Assembly (NCBI GenBank): GCA_951406725.2
Contig: OX597839.1
Location: forward strand, 26,846,001-26,910,000
DNA from: Octopus vulgaris
Taxonomy: Eukaryota
Direction: 5' to 3'
DNA length: 64,000 bases
The notes below the pieces were generated by a model. That model saw only the letters and a program-made list of their open reading frames with translations. It made no database searches and was not told where the DNA came from. A program made the translations under genes and the position numbers. Shown here in pieces: positions 1 to 13,994 of the stretch (positions within the stretch are counted from its first letter, which is position 1; each line of letters begins with the position of its first letter).

Positions 1-64
1 AACCAGTTTTTGGATAAATATCATTATAATAACAATAATATCTAGATGTAATTTATATACATCT

Positions 65-191
65 TAATGCATCGCTACGTGTGTTTCCGCAAATCGCACG
101 CCTCTTAAGATCACAGTTCCTTACTTCCAAGAATACGGACTATGATCTTAAGAGACATGCGATTTGAGGAAACGTGCGTAGCGATGCATTA
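65..191. repeat. Fold-back inverted repeat (~55-bp arms, short spacer)
   Basis: Left arm taatgcatcgctacgtgtgtttccgcaaatcgcacgcctcttaagatcacag is the reverse complement, with a few mismatches, of ctatgatcttaagagacatgcgatttgaggaaacgtgcgtagcgatgcatta. Confidence 0.9.
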
Positions 192-446
192 CATATTTAT
201 AAATTCCACCCAAGGATTACTGTTAATATTACTACACACACACATGCGCATACATACATACATACATACATACATACATACATACATACATACATACATA
301 CATACATACATACATTCATACATACATTCATACATACATACATACATACATACATACATACATACACACACACATACATGCACACACACACACACACGCA
401 CACACACACATATATATATTTATATATATATATATATATCATACAA

Positions 447-600
447 AATGGGACAAGAACGCGAAACATCCGAGCAGCAAGGTGATACAAAAAGGGACAA
501 CAAAACATTCAGATAGACGATACAAAGAAAACAAGGACGGGTCATTGGAAGCCTTTTATCCTCAGTCAAGAACAGGATCATCCTCGCAATTTCGGCTGAT
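447..600. mobile_element. Short dispersed repeat between (TA)n tracts; same family as the arms of 33866-34105 (possible Penelope-like terminus)
   Basis: gggacaagaacgc...cagtcaagaac..gatcatcctcgcaatttcggctgatt is shared with 33866-33980. Confidence 0.65.
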
Positions 601-628
601 TATATATATATATATATATATATATATA

Positions 629-710
629 GGCGCAGGCGTGGCTGTGTGGTAAGTAGCTTGCTAATGCCTTGTGAGTGGATTTGGTAGACGGAAACTGAAA
701 GAAGCCTGTC

Positions 711-782
<72 letters not shown>

Positions 783-991
783 TTGTGTGTCTGTGTTTGC
801 CCCCCTAGCATTGCTTGACAACCGATGCTGATGTGTTTACGTTCCCGTCACTTAGCGGTTCGGCAAAAGAGACCGATAGAATAAGTACTGGGCTTACAAA
901 GAATAAGTCCCGGGGTCGATTTGCTCGACTGAAGGCGGTGCTCCAGCATGGCCGCAGTCAAATGACTGATACAAGTAAAAGAGTAAAAGAG
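629..991 (+). mobile_element. tRNA-derived SINE family A (internal TA/TG microsatellite), head partly deleted
   Basis: gtggctgtgtggtaagtagcttg...gtggatttggtagacggaaactgaaagaagcc-(TA)n(TG)n-...ccagcatggccgcagtcaaatgactga..agtaaaagag; recurs many times in the window. Confidence 0.9.
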
Positions 992-1095
992 ATATATTCT
1001 AATAGTGTCTTGGGTGGGGCATTACGCCAATAATAACACACACACTGGTTCACTATCACTTTTTCATTGTTAGTCACTTGGTTAAATATTAAACC

Positions 1096-1567
1096 TAGGG
1101 GTCGCCAAACTTTTTCGACCATCAAACCCCCTTTAGCCACTTCTTCTGCATCGACCACCCTCCTCATTTAAAATATCTTAATACCCCACTGTACCATATC
1201 TTAAATGCGTGCCGGGTACTGATGTTGGCAATTAAAATGTTAGCTAAAACAAACACGTTTGACAAATTAAGGAATTCTATTGAAGAAGGCGCACTTTTTA
1301 CATTTAAAACTTTGTGTATGAATATACATTATTAAACCATTAATTTTTATGAAATTGTTTTCACAGAAAATGTGGAAAACACATATTGCTGGAATATCTT
1401 TTATTGAAATTGGCAACATTTACGGGAGGGATGGGCATGGCGCTGACCAAGTATTTCAAACAGTTCATCTGCGTGAGCTGGTCTTTCGCATGCCAACCTC
1501 CATTCAACCCCTGTAATTCCTCGCCAACCCCCTAAGGGGTCCCTCGGTCCCCCTTTAGCAACCACTG
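1096..1567. mobile_element. hAT-like MITE
   Basis: Imperfect TIRs taggggtcgccaaa / tttagcaaccactg; 8-bp flanks attaaacc and atttaacc (1 mismatch) fit an 8-bp TSD. Confidence 0.7.
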
Positions 1568-1742
1568 ATTTAACCAATTATAAAGACACACACACATATA
1601 CATATTATAGTAAAAGACACTTGCTCTAAGAGCCACGCAGTGGAACTGAACCCGGAACCATGCGATAGGAAAGCAAGCTTCATACCATGCATTCACAACC
1701 ATGCCGTATTAGTAAAATCACTAAAAACGACGATAAGTAGGT

Positions 1743-1750
1743 AAAAAAAA
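1743..1750 (-). terminator. Pol III terminator (T8) of the tRNA-Pro gene
   Basis: A8 on + strand, 6 nt downstream of the tRNA 3' end on the - strand. Confidence 0.8.
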
Positions 1751-1756
1751 CTCTTT

Positions 1757-1828
1757 GGGCTCGTCCGGGAATTGAACCCGGGACCTCTCGCACCCGAAGC
1801 GAGAATCATACCCCTAGACCAACGAGCC
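1757..1828 (-). tRNA. trnP-CGG: tRNA-Pro, anticodon CGG
   Basis: Reverse complement GGCTCGTTGGTCTAGGGGTATGATTCTCGCTTCGGGTGCGAGAGGTCCCGGGTTCAATTCCCGGACGAGCCC: 72 nt, full cloverleaf, anticodon stem CTCGC/GCGAG, loop TTCGGGT, intact A and B boxes; matches the conserved metazoan tRNA-Pro sequence as I recall it. Confidence 0.97.
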
Positions 1829-2698
1829 AGACGACAAAGGCCACCGTATATAATATAGATATCGACAAGAACCATCTGAATGTCGTGTGACATGTCACTG
1901 TTTTTTGACCTGGTTTTTTTACCTTCCCCCTCCTCTCTCTCTCTTCTCACACCTCCATCTCTGTCACACGATCACCTCCCTCTTCCTCTCTCTCTCTTTG
2001 TCTCTATCTTTCTCTCGTTCTTTATCCTTGTCTTCTGTCTCTTCCCACATAAATTAACATAAATTACGTTCACTCGCTACGGCCTTTCGTTTACGTAGAA
2101 GAGAAGTTAGAGTCTGCTGTATGGGGGCTCATCCCCTGCTCCTCCACCTTATATTACTGGTATCGCAGTGTTTTATGGCTTCAAAAGCGAGGTGGGCTTT
2201 TGTCAAAACGGAAACACCTGATCTCGAAATCGGATCCTTCAGGGCTGGGATCTGTCCTGTTTCTGCTCCGCATCGCCGCCGCCGCCATACAAATAGATGT
2301 TATTTATTGTTGTTGTTGCTACTGCTATTATTATCATTATTTAGCCCCTGGTCTATATTGATGCCCTCAACCAACGATCAAAGGCGTTCCAACTATGACC
2401 ATCCCGTTCCTTTCCGCGCACAAAGAAACCAGGACTACTTGATCCATTGTGTCCTTTCTCAAGACGGTGAGCTGTGTGTAATTTAAGGGAGATCTGACTG
2501 TTATTTCTTGCACGTATATGTCCACCCCCATCCCCGGGGGCCATGACGATAGATGTGATTGCTTATTTTTTGTCGTTGTGTGAGTTGTTATCTGGGCCCA
2601 GGTCTTTCTTGAACGAGCAGATCTATAATCGAAGGTATTCCAGCCGTGACAATCTCGTCTATTTATCCTATGTTTAAGAAAGCCCAGGCTTAATTATA

Positions 2699-3100
2699 CG
2701 TGGGTGTGTGGCAAGAAGCTTGCTTCTCAACCACATGGTTCCGGGTTCGGTCCCACTGCGCGGCACTTTGGGCAAGTGTCGTCTGCTATAGCCTCGGGCG
2801 AACCAAAGCCTTGCAAGTGGATTTGGTAGACGGAAACTGAAAGAAGCCCATTGTATATATATATATATTTAAATATATATTTATATATATATGTATGTGT
2901 GTGTGTGTGTGTGTCTTTCTTCTGTGTTTACGTACCCCGTAACTTGGCGGTTCGGTAAAAGAGACCGATAGAATAAGTACAAGGCTTAAAAAATAAAAAA
3001 AAATTTCTGGGGTCGAATTGCTCGACTGAAGTTCTTTAAGGCGATGCCCCAGCATGGCCACAGTCTAATGATTGAAACAAGTAAAGGATAAAAGGAAAAA
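2699..3100 (+). mobile_element. SINE family A
   Basis: B-box-like ggttcggtccc, ttgggcaagtgtc core, internal microsatellite, cagcatggccacagtc tail. Confidence 0.88.
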
Positions 3101-3601
3101 GGATTTTCTAAGATTACAAGAACGTGATCTGAGGGAGAGTTGGTTACTTCTTCTGGCAAATCAGTGTTTCTTAATTTTATTACCAGTCTGGTACCCCTTT
3201 CGGTAGCAAGTACCCCTTCCATTGCCCTTTATATCTTCTGTTTTCAAGCACAATACACGCGGAGTTAAAAAGAAACATTACCTTTCACCGGAACACCACT
3301 CAGTGCTCTCTCTCTCTCTCCCTCGGACATGTGAGCATGCGCACAACAGTCAAACACCGCGTCGCTGGAACTTCGAAGCGCACAGTTCTATACAAGGATT
3401 TTTGTATTTGTTTCATAAACTAAGGGATGGCTACTGACATTAAAATTAAGGATTACATAATGTACAAGTATAAAGAAAGAATTAAAGAAAAAGGGACTCA
3501 TTATATTGAATGTTATCGATAATATCGAGTGGAAATAGGGGTGGGGGTTGCAGTTCTGCAGTGCCTATACTCGAGCCGCCACTGCCTCTTGCCCCTTTTC
3601 C

Positions 3602-3820
3602 AGGGATTCAAATACTCATTGGGGTTTCTAGCTCCTACCATAGGGATCTAATGCTCTCTGGGCTTTCTAGTCCTTCCCTTAAGGATTCTAAAACTCTTCG
3701 CAGTTTCTGGATCCTCCTTTAGGGGTTCTAATACTCTGAGGTTTCTAGCAGCTCCCTTATGGATTCCAATACCCTTTGGGTACCTTTACCCCCCACCCCA
3801 TAATGATTTTAATGCACTGA
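3602..3820. repeat. Degenerate ~39-bp tandem repeat, ~5 copies
   Basis: Units start at 3602, 3642, 3681, 3721, 3759; consensus approx. agggattctaatactctctggggtttctagctcctccctt. Confidence 0.75.
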
Positions 3821-4054
3821 TTATAGGGGTTCCCTCATTGGATTTCGTTTTTTGTCAAGATTGCTTAGCGTCTATAGTCTGCTTTCCGTTAAAATCAATA
3901 CAAAATCAATCGGTGAGCATCTTCACGTATCGATTTTAAAGAAAGGAAAATATCGATCAAGACAGTGCAATCGGAGTGTTCAATAGTGTCCTAATTTTGT
4001 TTTGTCTTTCTTTGCTAACAGCTGGTGTTTAAGTACCGGAGGCCAACCCTCTCC

Positions 4055-4171
<117 letters not shown>

Positions 4172-4338
4172 GTCTATCTGTCTATCTATCTATCGATCGC
4201 TCTATGCATACATACATACATACATACATACATACATACATACATACATACATGCATACATACGTACACGCACCTGCACACACCGATGTATGCATGCATC
4301 TATCCTATATCTATATATGTATATATTTACACACACAC

Positions 4339-4467
<129 letters not shown>

Positions 4468-4948
4468 TACATATATATGGAAAGAGAGAAAGAGAGAGGA
4501 CGTGTGTGTGTATGAGTGTGTGTTTGCGTGTGTGTGCTAGTGTACATGCGTATGTTGGCTCTAATTTTCTCTACAAGTGGGTTCATTCAAGATATCAGAC
4601 CAGATGTAAAGTGTAGGCCTGGTATTAAACCCACGCCAGGTGTGACATAGAGGGCCCTGCTTCAAAATTTAGGTTAGTTCAAACATATTTGTGACATATT
4701 TTAACTTCTAAAAATAATTTCACTGCAGTTTGCCGTAGAGAAAAAATAAATTCTGTCTTATGGCAAAAAGTGTAAACACACCATTATCAGCTCAATGGCG
4801 CCCCCTACTGGACTTCGTTACTATACAATAGGTCACTTGAAATGATTGTTCCGTTATAAAACTATATACTGCTTTCTAAAGAAATCAGGACTATCTCTCT
4901 TTGGTATCGACTATTGACGGAGGCCAACATACCAGAAATGCAACAAGA

Positions 4949-4970
4949 AATAATAATAATAATAATAATG

Positions 4971-5044
<74 letters not shown>

Positions 5045-5063
5045 AATAATGATAATAATAATG

Positions 5064-5100
<37 letters not shown>

Positions 5101-5132
5101 TAATAATGATAATAATAATAATAATAATAATT

Positions 5133-5230
<98 letters not shown>
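4949..5230. repeat. Compound trinucleotide microsatellite (AAT)n-(CAT)n-(TAT)n
   Basis: Direct reading; the AAT and TAT blocks are mutually complementary. Confidence 0.95.
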
Positions 5231-5553
5231 TGTTGCATGTCGAAGGGCCTGGCGTGGGTTGTGGTGGAAAGGGGCAACATGTGTTCGTTTTACCAACAGG
5301 AGGGTTTCTGATTATTTCGAAGTCCACCCCTTAACCGAGGGTAGGGACGGGGTGTGTCGGTGTAGAGGAAATTGTTTGTTTTTGAACCTTCTTTTTAAGT
5401 ATTTTTATAAATTTTTGGCGAATTCCCAATTTTATTGTTATTCCTGATCCGAAAAATTATCTCGGAAGCGGTAGGAAAAGGTTTTCGTCACAATTAGGTT
5501 AGCCATTATTCTCATTAGTGCAAAACAAACATAGCCTAAATTATTTTGAAACG

Positions 5554-5594
<41 letters not shown>

Positions 5595-5602
5595 TAATGA
5601 AA

Positions 5603-5786
5603 TTTGGGGTAGGGGACGAGTCGATTACATTGATTCTAGTGAATAACTGGTACTTCATTTATTGACCCCAAAAGGATGAAAGTTAAAGTCGACCTTGCTG
5701 AAATTTGAACTCAGAACACAAAGACAGACGAAATACCGCTAAGCATTTTGCCCGGCGTGCTAACAATTCTGCCAGCTCGCCGCCTT
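5603..5786 (-). mobile_element. tRNA-derived SINE family B
   Basis: Reverse complement of ggcggcgagctggcagaa..gttagcacgccggg...ttctgagttcaaatt...tttcatccttt.ggggtc.ataaa...gtaccag. Confidence 0.85.
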
Positions 5787-5788
5787 TA

Positions 5789-5856
<68 letters not shown>

Positions 5857-6680
5857 TTACTACTACTACTACTACTACTACTAATAATAATAATAATAAT
5901 AATAATAATGATGATGATGATGGTGATGATGATGGTGATGATGATGGTGGTGGTGGTGGTGGCTGTGGTAGTGATAATGATGATAATGAAAAAAAAATCA
6001 AACGGATTTTAAGTTAAATACTTATACAGTTGTATAAAGTAGGATATTACAAAATAAAAATGAATTTCAAATGAGGGTGGGCATGGGTGGCAGGGAAATA
6101 ATAATGAGATCATCACCACCACCACCACCACATCTATCACCCTCATCATCATCACCATCACCACCACCACATCTATCACCCTCATCATCACCACCACCAC
6201 CACAATCACCTTCATCATCATCATCATCAGCAGCAGCAGCATCACTACCACCACCACCACCACCGTCTTCCTTCTCCTCCGCATCATAACTTCCCCGCCC
6301 CCCACCACTAGGCATGCTGTTCGTGCTGACAGCGGACACGAACTACATGTCTAGGACACCTCAGTATATCTAGCGAGGGGACACTCCCTTTTTGATGCAC
6401 GTTCCTCACGTGACACAAAACCGAACAGATTGCAGATTAATGCAGCACAAGGAGATACACAAAATCCTACCCATAATGCACAGCTGCCGGATGAATCGAA
6501 ACGATCGTAAAATCGATCTTCCGCTTCCTCCATCAGTTATCAATATCTTAACTATCACGGCGGAATTCCTGAAGTAGGCCCCACAGAATTATTGGATTGA
6601 CACCAGGTAGCCCCAAACAGTGGACGTGCTTTAACAAAACACTAATCCAAATATACCCAGTAATCCCTCAAAATTACACA

Positions 6681-6683
6681 ACA

Positions 6684-6718
<35 letters not shown>

Positions 6719-7107
6719 CACATATTTATATACAAACATGTATATATATATACATATATATATATATGTATATATATATATACATATATATATATACATA
6801 TATATATATGTGTATATATATATGTATATATACATATACATATATATATGAATATATATATACATATATATAGATATACATATATATATATACATATATA
6901 TATACATATATATATATACATATATACATATATATATATATACATATATATATATACATATATATATATACTTATATATGTATACTTATATATATATACA
7001 TATATATATATACATATATATATATTAATATATATATACATATATATATACATATATATATACATATATATACATATATACATATATATATATACATATA
7101 TAAATAC

Positions 7108-7154
<47 letters not shown>

Positions 7155-7250
7155 TAAATACATATATATATACATATATATATACATATATATATATCTA
7201 TACATACATATATATACATATATATATACATATATATATATACATACATA

Positions 7251-7293
<43 letters not shown>
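6681..7293. repeat. Long (TA)n/(TACA)n microsatellite
   Basis: Direct reading. Confidence 0.95.
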
Positions 7294-7294
<1 letters not shown>

Positions 7295-7296
<2 letters not shown>

Positions 7297-7506
7297 TCGC
7301 CATGTTGATTCGTTAGTTACTGCACGCATTTTTTTCTCTCCTTCTTTCTGTGTTTTTTTTCTCTCTGTGTACCTTTCTGTTGAAGAGCGTAGGCTCGAAA
7401 CGTTAAAGACTTGTTTTATTTATATTTCCTGAGCGCCATACTAATACAATTGTTTGTTTGTTTTCCACCTGCCTTCGTCTTTTGTCTATTTTCATAAAGC
7501 TTCCCG

Positions 7507-7510
<4 letters not shown>
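7295..7510 (+). mobile_element. Short insert in (TA)n with a degenerate minimal hammerhead motif (Penelope-like terminal repeat)
   Basis: cttt-CTGTTGA-a-gagc gtag gctc-GAAAC-GTT-aaag at ~7373-7408; related to 30150-30260 and 34300-34490. Confidence 0.5.
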
Positions 7511-7561
<51 letters not shown>

Positions 7562-7777
7562 CTCCTTTTTCTTATCTTGTATATATATATATATATAAAG
7601 AAGCATTGGTTATAGAAAAATACATTAAATTTGGGTCAACGACTCTGTATACAAGACCATACCTCAAACATGTAAATATGATATGTGACAGTTTCGGATG
7701 TCGTGGCGGAAGCCCACGCCGCCACCTCTTAAATTATGCGGTCATCGAAAAAATGGTATGAAAACGATCTCCTCCCC

Positions 7778-7838
<61 letters not shown>

Positions 7839-7885
7839 TATATGTATGTATATTTTATATATATATATACATATATATATATGTA

Positions 7886-7966
<81 letters not shown>

Positions 7967-8342
7967 TATATATATACATTATGTATGTGTATACATGCAA
8001 AACAATAAAGAGCAACAGTGGATATATTCAAACGATGAGTCTGTAAAAATAAAGGTAAAGATATTTATATTAAGAGATCCAACTTACACAGAGTACACAT
8101 GACAGAAAATTAAAGGGGAGGAAGAAATGTGTTATAAGACCAACAGCCGTTTCTAGGGGTACGGAGCTACAGCATAAATGTTGGTAGATGTAGATCATCA
8201 TAATATGTACACACACACACACACACGTACGCACGCACACACACACGTACGCACGCACACACACAAATTTACATTTAGAAGGCAAATGCAGATACACTGA
8301 GAAATAAGCAAATAAGACTACACACTTAGGAGACTACAATAC

Positions 8343-8872
<530 letters not shown>

Positions 8873-8998
8873 ATGTTTAGTTAGTCTTACAAACATGAGC
8901 AATAGAATTCAATAAACGCACAAATTACGCAATAGTTGTGATTCTACAGAAGTAGGTTTTAGCACTTAGGACACTTATGTAGCTTCAGAGCTAATAAT

Positions 8999-9056
<58 letters not shown>

Positions 9057-9284
9057 GTTTGTACGTATGTAATGTATGTGTGTATGTGTGTGTGTATGTG
9101 TGAGAGTGTGTGTGTGTGTAATGTCCGTTCGTTTAGTGCACTGGAGTTAAATGTCCTCTTCCAACCTCTCCACTCAGAATGATGGCCGCTTTGTAAGTGA
9201 TCAGTCGAGCACTTATCTTAGGGTTTCCCAGACACCCCAACACACACACTCACACACACACGCACTCGCACACACGCACATATA

Positions 9285-9441
9285 TACGACGGGCAAATTT
9301 CAGTTTCCGTCTACCAAATCCACTCACAAGGCTTTGGTCGACCCGAGGCTATAGTAGAAAACACTTGCCCAAGGTGCCACGCAGTGGGACTGAACCCGGA
9401 ACCATGTGGTTGGTAAGCAAGCTACTTACCACACAGCCACT
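9285..9441 (-). mobile_element. SINE family A, 5' half
   Basis: tttccgtctaccaaatccactcacaagg...gggactgaacccggaaccatgtggttggtaagcaagctacttaccacacagccac. Confidence 0.88.
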
Positions 9442-9458
9442 AATTACCCTATATATAG

Positions 9459-9462
<4 letters not shown>

Positions 9463-9544
<82 letters not shown>

Positions 9545-9732
9545 CGTTGCAAAAGAATTGTGGTTTCCATATCTGCTAGAAGAATCGAGATTGAAGAAGA
9601 AGAAGAAGAAGAAGAAGAAGAAGAAGAAGAAGAAGAAGAAGAAGAAGAAGAAGAAGAAGAAGAAGAAGAAGAAGAAGAAGAAGAAGAAGAAGAAGAAGAA
9701 GAAGAAGAAGAAGAAGAAGAAGAAGAAGAAGA
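9463..9732. repeat. (GA)n followed by a long pure (GAA)n
   Basis: Direct reading; (GAA)n spans 9593-9732. Confidence 0.95.
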
Positions 9733-9971
9733 CAACCCAAAAGAGAAGATAAGATTCAGATATTTATCAGAAGAAAACCTCAACTTTGAACAATTTAGAA
9801 TATTCTCTTGCAAAAAGATTTCGCAGATAGAAACACGTAAAAAACACTTGAAAAACAACCGGAAAAAACCTCAAACACACAAAATAAACACATTTTGATC
9901 GTTCCCTCGGTTTGTGTGCGTGTGTGTGTTGTGTGTGTGTGTTCTTGTATGTGTGTGTGTGTTCTTGTATG

Positions 9972-10036
<65 letters not shown>

Positions 10037-10251
10037 ACTTTGTTTTCTGCTCCCTACTTAAGAATTTTATATTGTGAAAATATGTTCGCCCCGAAACTAA
10101 TTAATTTAACAGTCTTGAATGAAACTGACGATTTTTAAAGTAACAACAACAACAACAACAATAATAATTACAACAACACTCTTAATGAGTTCGATGATGG
10201 CGGTGGTGATGATGATGATGATGGTGGTGATGAGATAAACTACATTTTCCT

Positions 10252-10401
10252 TTCATTCATTCATTCTTTCTTTCTTTCCATTCTTTCTTTCTTTCTTTCT
10301 TTCCTGCTTTCTTTCTTTCCTTCTTTCTTTCTTTCTTTCTTTCTTACTTTCTTTCTTTCCTTCATTTTCCTTTCTTTCTTTCTTTCTTTCCTTCCTTCTT
10401 A

Positions 10402-10432
<31 letters not shown>

Positions 10433-10673
10433 TCCTTCTCCTTCCTTCCTTCCTTCCTTTCTTTCTTTCTTTCTTTCTTTCTTTCCTTCTTCCTTCCTTC
10501 CTTTCTTTCTTTCTTTCTTTCTTTCTTTCCTTCTTCCTTCCTTCCTTTCTTTCTTTCCTTCTTTCTTTCTTTCCTTCCTTCCTTCTTTCTTTCTTTCTTT
10601 CTTTCCTTCTTTCTTTCTTTCCTTCTTCCTTCCTTCCTTCCTTTCTTTCTTTCCTTCTTTCTTTCTTTCCTTC
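10252..10673. repeat. Polypyrimidine (TTTC/TTCC)n tract
   Basis: Direct reading. Confidence 0.95.
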
Positions 10674-10749
10674 ATATCTCCCCCCCTCCCCCCACTGTCC
10701 TTGTCTTCTCAAGATATCTCTCATATTTTGCTCATTAAAATCTTTTGTG

Positions 10750-10801
<52 letters not shown>

Positions 10802-11135
10802 GAGAACACATACGCACGAATACACACGCAAGTAGAACACACACACATGCACAGATACACAAGAACACACACACATATATATATATACACACTTGCGCGC
10901 ACACACATACACGCTCACGTATATACACACATACACACAGACACAGACACACAAACACACACATACACACGCATACAAACAGACAGAGACGCGCACACAC
11001 ACAGACTGACAGACACACACATACATACACACGCACGCACACATAGACATACTCACGCATACATACACATACGCACATATACACACACACGCATACAAAC
11101 AGATAGAGAGACACACACACACACACACACACACA

Positions 11136-11190
<55 letters not shown>

Positions 11191-11379
11191 GCTTCTCTTT
11201 CCGTTCACAGACCCTCAGACACACGCACAGACAGACTTTCAGTTTCCGTCTTCCATACATGCAAAGCCATGTACTCAATGAGATGTAGTGACATAGATGC
11301 ATTGCCCTAACTTCGAAACAAACACGTAGACACCACAGTCAAAGTTTATTTTCACTAGTGTAGTACTGCGACATATTTT

Positions 11380-11510
11380 GCCAATCTTTCGGTATTAGTA
11401 GATGACGTCATTCACCCTTTTTTGCCGTGTAACCTCTTTATTTACGTCATGGGGAACGTTGTGCGGATGACGTCATTCATGACGTTGTCTACCAATACCG
11501 AAAAACTGTC
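11380..11510. mobile_element. 131-bp MITE with 8-bp TSD, containing two full CRE palindromes
   Basis: catatttt at 11372-11379 and 11511-11518; TIRs tttcggtattagtagatgacgtcat / atgacgttgtctaccaataccgaaa; TGACGTCA at 11403 and 11468. Confidence 0.75.
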
Positions 11511-11669
11511 CATATTTTCATGAGCTCGAGGTTGGTGATTATAGGCAACTTTACGCTGGTGAAATTTGAACGCACAAACTAGAGATCAGAAAGTAAGTAC
11601 TGTGAGATGCGGGCGTCTTACAGGACTGTGCGGTTAAGAAGTTCGCATAGAAGCCGTGTGGCTCCGGGT

Positions 11670-11982
11670 TCGATCTTAGTAAGCCTAGTACTCATTTCAT
11701 CGTTCTCTTTTGCCGAACCGCTAATTACGGGGCGTAGACAAACCAACATCGGTTGTCAAGCGATGGTGTGGAGGGCGGGGCAAACACAGACACAAAGATA
11801 CACACACACATAAATACACACGCACATATATACACACAATACTATATACACACACACGGGCTTCTTTCAGTTTCCATCAACCAAATCCACAGTAGAAGAC
11901 ACTTGCCCAAGGTGCCACGCAGTAGGAATGAACTCGGGACGATGTGGTTGAAAAGCAAGCTTCTTACCACACAGCCGCGCCT
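11670..11982 (-). mobile_element. SINE family A, diverged
   Basis: tttgccgaaccgctaa...agaagacacttgcccaaggtgccacgcagt...cttaccacacagccgcgcc. Confidence 0.8.
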
Positions 11983-11983
11983 A

Positions 11984-12133
<150 letters not shown>

Positions 12134-12439
12134 GAGTTACTTACTTGCAAATAAATGTGTTAACATGTGACATTATTGATCGAGGTTACCGTGGTCTTTT
12201 CCGTAGGCTTTTCTTTCCACGGATAAACCTTATCTGCTTCCCCCTTTACACTTTACATTATGTCATTTATGCGATACACGATCCCAATTGATCGTTTTTC
12301 TTTTTTTTTTCTGTCCCTTTTACGATCCCTTTTGATCGAAAACATACCCCACTTATATTTTTTTTCTGCCCCAAAAAGAAAAGCTCTACTTTGTAATTTG
12401 TCCCGTCTGTGTGCAGCCCTGTGTGGCTAATAAAGAAAC

Positions 12440-13099
12440 ATATATACAAACACACATACATACATACATACATACATACATGCATGCATACATACATACA
12501 TACATACATACATACATACATACATACATGCATGCATGCATGCATGCATGCATACATACATACATACATACATACATACATACATACATAAAAACACACA
12601 CACGTACATACATGCATACATACATACATAAAAACACACACACATACATACATGCATACATACATATATACATACATACATACATACTTATAAACACACA
12701 CACATACATACCTACAAACACACATACACACATACATACATTCATACATACATACATACATACATACATACATACATACAAACACACACACATACATGCA
12801 TACATACATACATACATACAAACATACATACATACATACATACATACATACATACATACATACATACATACATACACACATACATACATACATACATACA
12901 TACATACATACATGCATACATACATACACACATACATACATACATACATACATACATACACACATACAAACACACACACACACACACATACATACATACA
13001 CACATACATACATACATACATACACACACACATACAGACACACACACACATACATACATACACACATACACATACATACATACATACATACATACATAA

Positions 13100-13130
<31 letters not shown>
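12440..13130. repeat. (TACA)n/(CA)n microsatellite
   Basis: Direct reading. Confidence 0.95.
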
Positions 13131-13132
<2 letters not shown>

Positions 13133-13364
13133 TAAAGTATCGTGTTATACACTACAAATCGTGGGTCCCTCATCCCGTTTAACACCCCAATTACTTGCAA
13201 TAAATCATAATTGATATTTCAGATATTCGGGTGTTTATAGAATGAGGCTCTGCAGTCACGGCTGGAGTGGCAGCAGCTGCAGCAGCAACAGCAGTGGAAT
13301 CCGATATTTGACTTCAAAAATCTATACTTTGTAAATGCATCTGCATCTCTTTGAACTCACCATT

Positions 13365-13432
13365 TCCCACCCGTATGTATCCACCCGAATATATCCACCC
13401 GCAATAAGCGCCACCTAAAATGTTCCACCCTG
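13365..13432. repeat. Short ~14-bp-period repeat with CCACCC core
   Basis: ccacccgtatgtat ccacccgaatatat ccacccgcaataagcg ccacctaaaatgtt ccaccc. Confidence 0.65.
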
Positions 13433-13544
13433 ATTTATTCCAGTGCATTCTAAAATCTCTCCCACCTCCTCTATTTTAATTAGATTCATTAATTATAAAC
13501 TTTGAGCTTAATTACAATTAATTCCCCTTCTAAGTTATAGTGTA

Positions 13545-13710
13545 GGCGCAGGCGCGGCTGAATGGTAAGCGATTTTCTTCCCAACCTCACGGTTCCGGGT
13601 TCAGTCCCACTGCGTGGCACCTTGGGCAAGTGTCTTCTACTATAGCCTCGAGCTGACCAGAGCTTTGTGAGTGGATTTGGTAGACGGAAACTGAAAGAAA
13701 CCTGTCGTGT
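13545..13710 (+). mobile_element. SINE family A, 5' half
   Basis: ggcgcaggcgcggctg...ggttcagtcccactgcgtggcaccttgggcaagtgtc...ggaaactgaaagaaacctgtcg. Confidence 0.85.
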
Positions 13711-13735
13711 ATACATACATACATACATACATACA

Positions 13736-13862
<127 letters not shown>

Positions 13863-13889
13863 ACACACAAGTAAGAGCCGCTGCCTGCT

Positions 13890-13963
13890 ACATAATGGGT
13901 ATATTGGGCTTCGTATATTTGTACTCCGGTGTCACTTTGATGGCATGCGCTGCTCTTTTGCTC

Positions 13964-13990
<27 letters not shown>
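13890..13990 (+). mobile_element. 3' end of a LINE-like family with (AAT)n tail; same family as 35079-35545
   Basis: atgggtatattgggcttcgtatattt..gtgtcactttgatggcatg..ctgctc..ctcaataataat matches the reverse complement of 35079-35150. Confidence 0.7.

Positions 13991-13994
<4 letters not shown>

Noticed and set aside
3278-3390. Possible - strand exon ending AG/GTAATG
   Set aside because: Only a splice-like motif; it contains a GA microsatellite and has no coding support.
9197-9463. Recurring peptide [11 protein letters not shown]...[19 protein letters not shown]
   Set aside because: Antisense translation of SINE family A, not a protein family.
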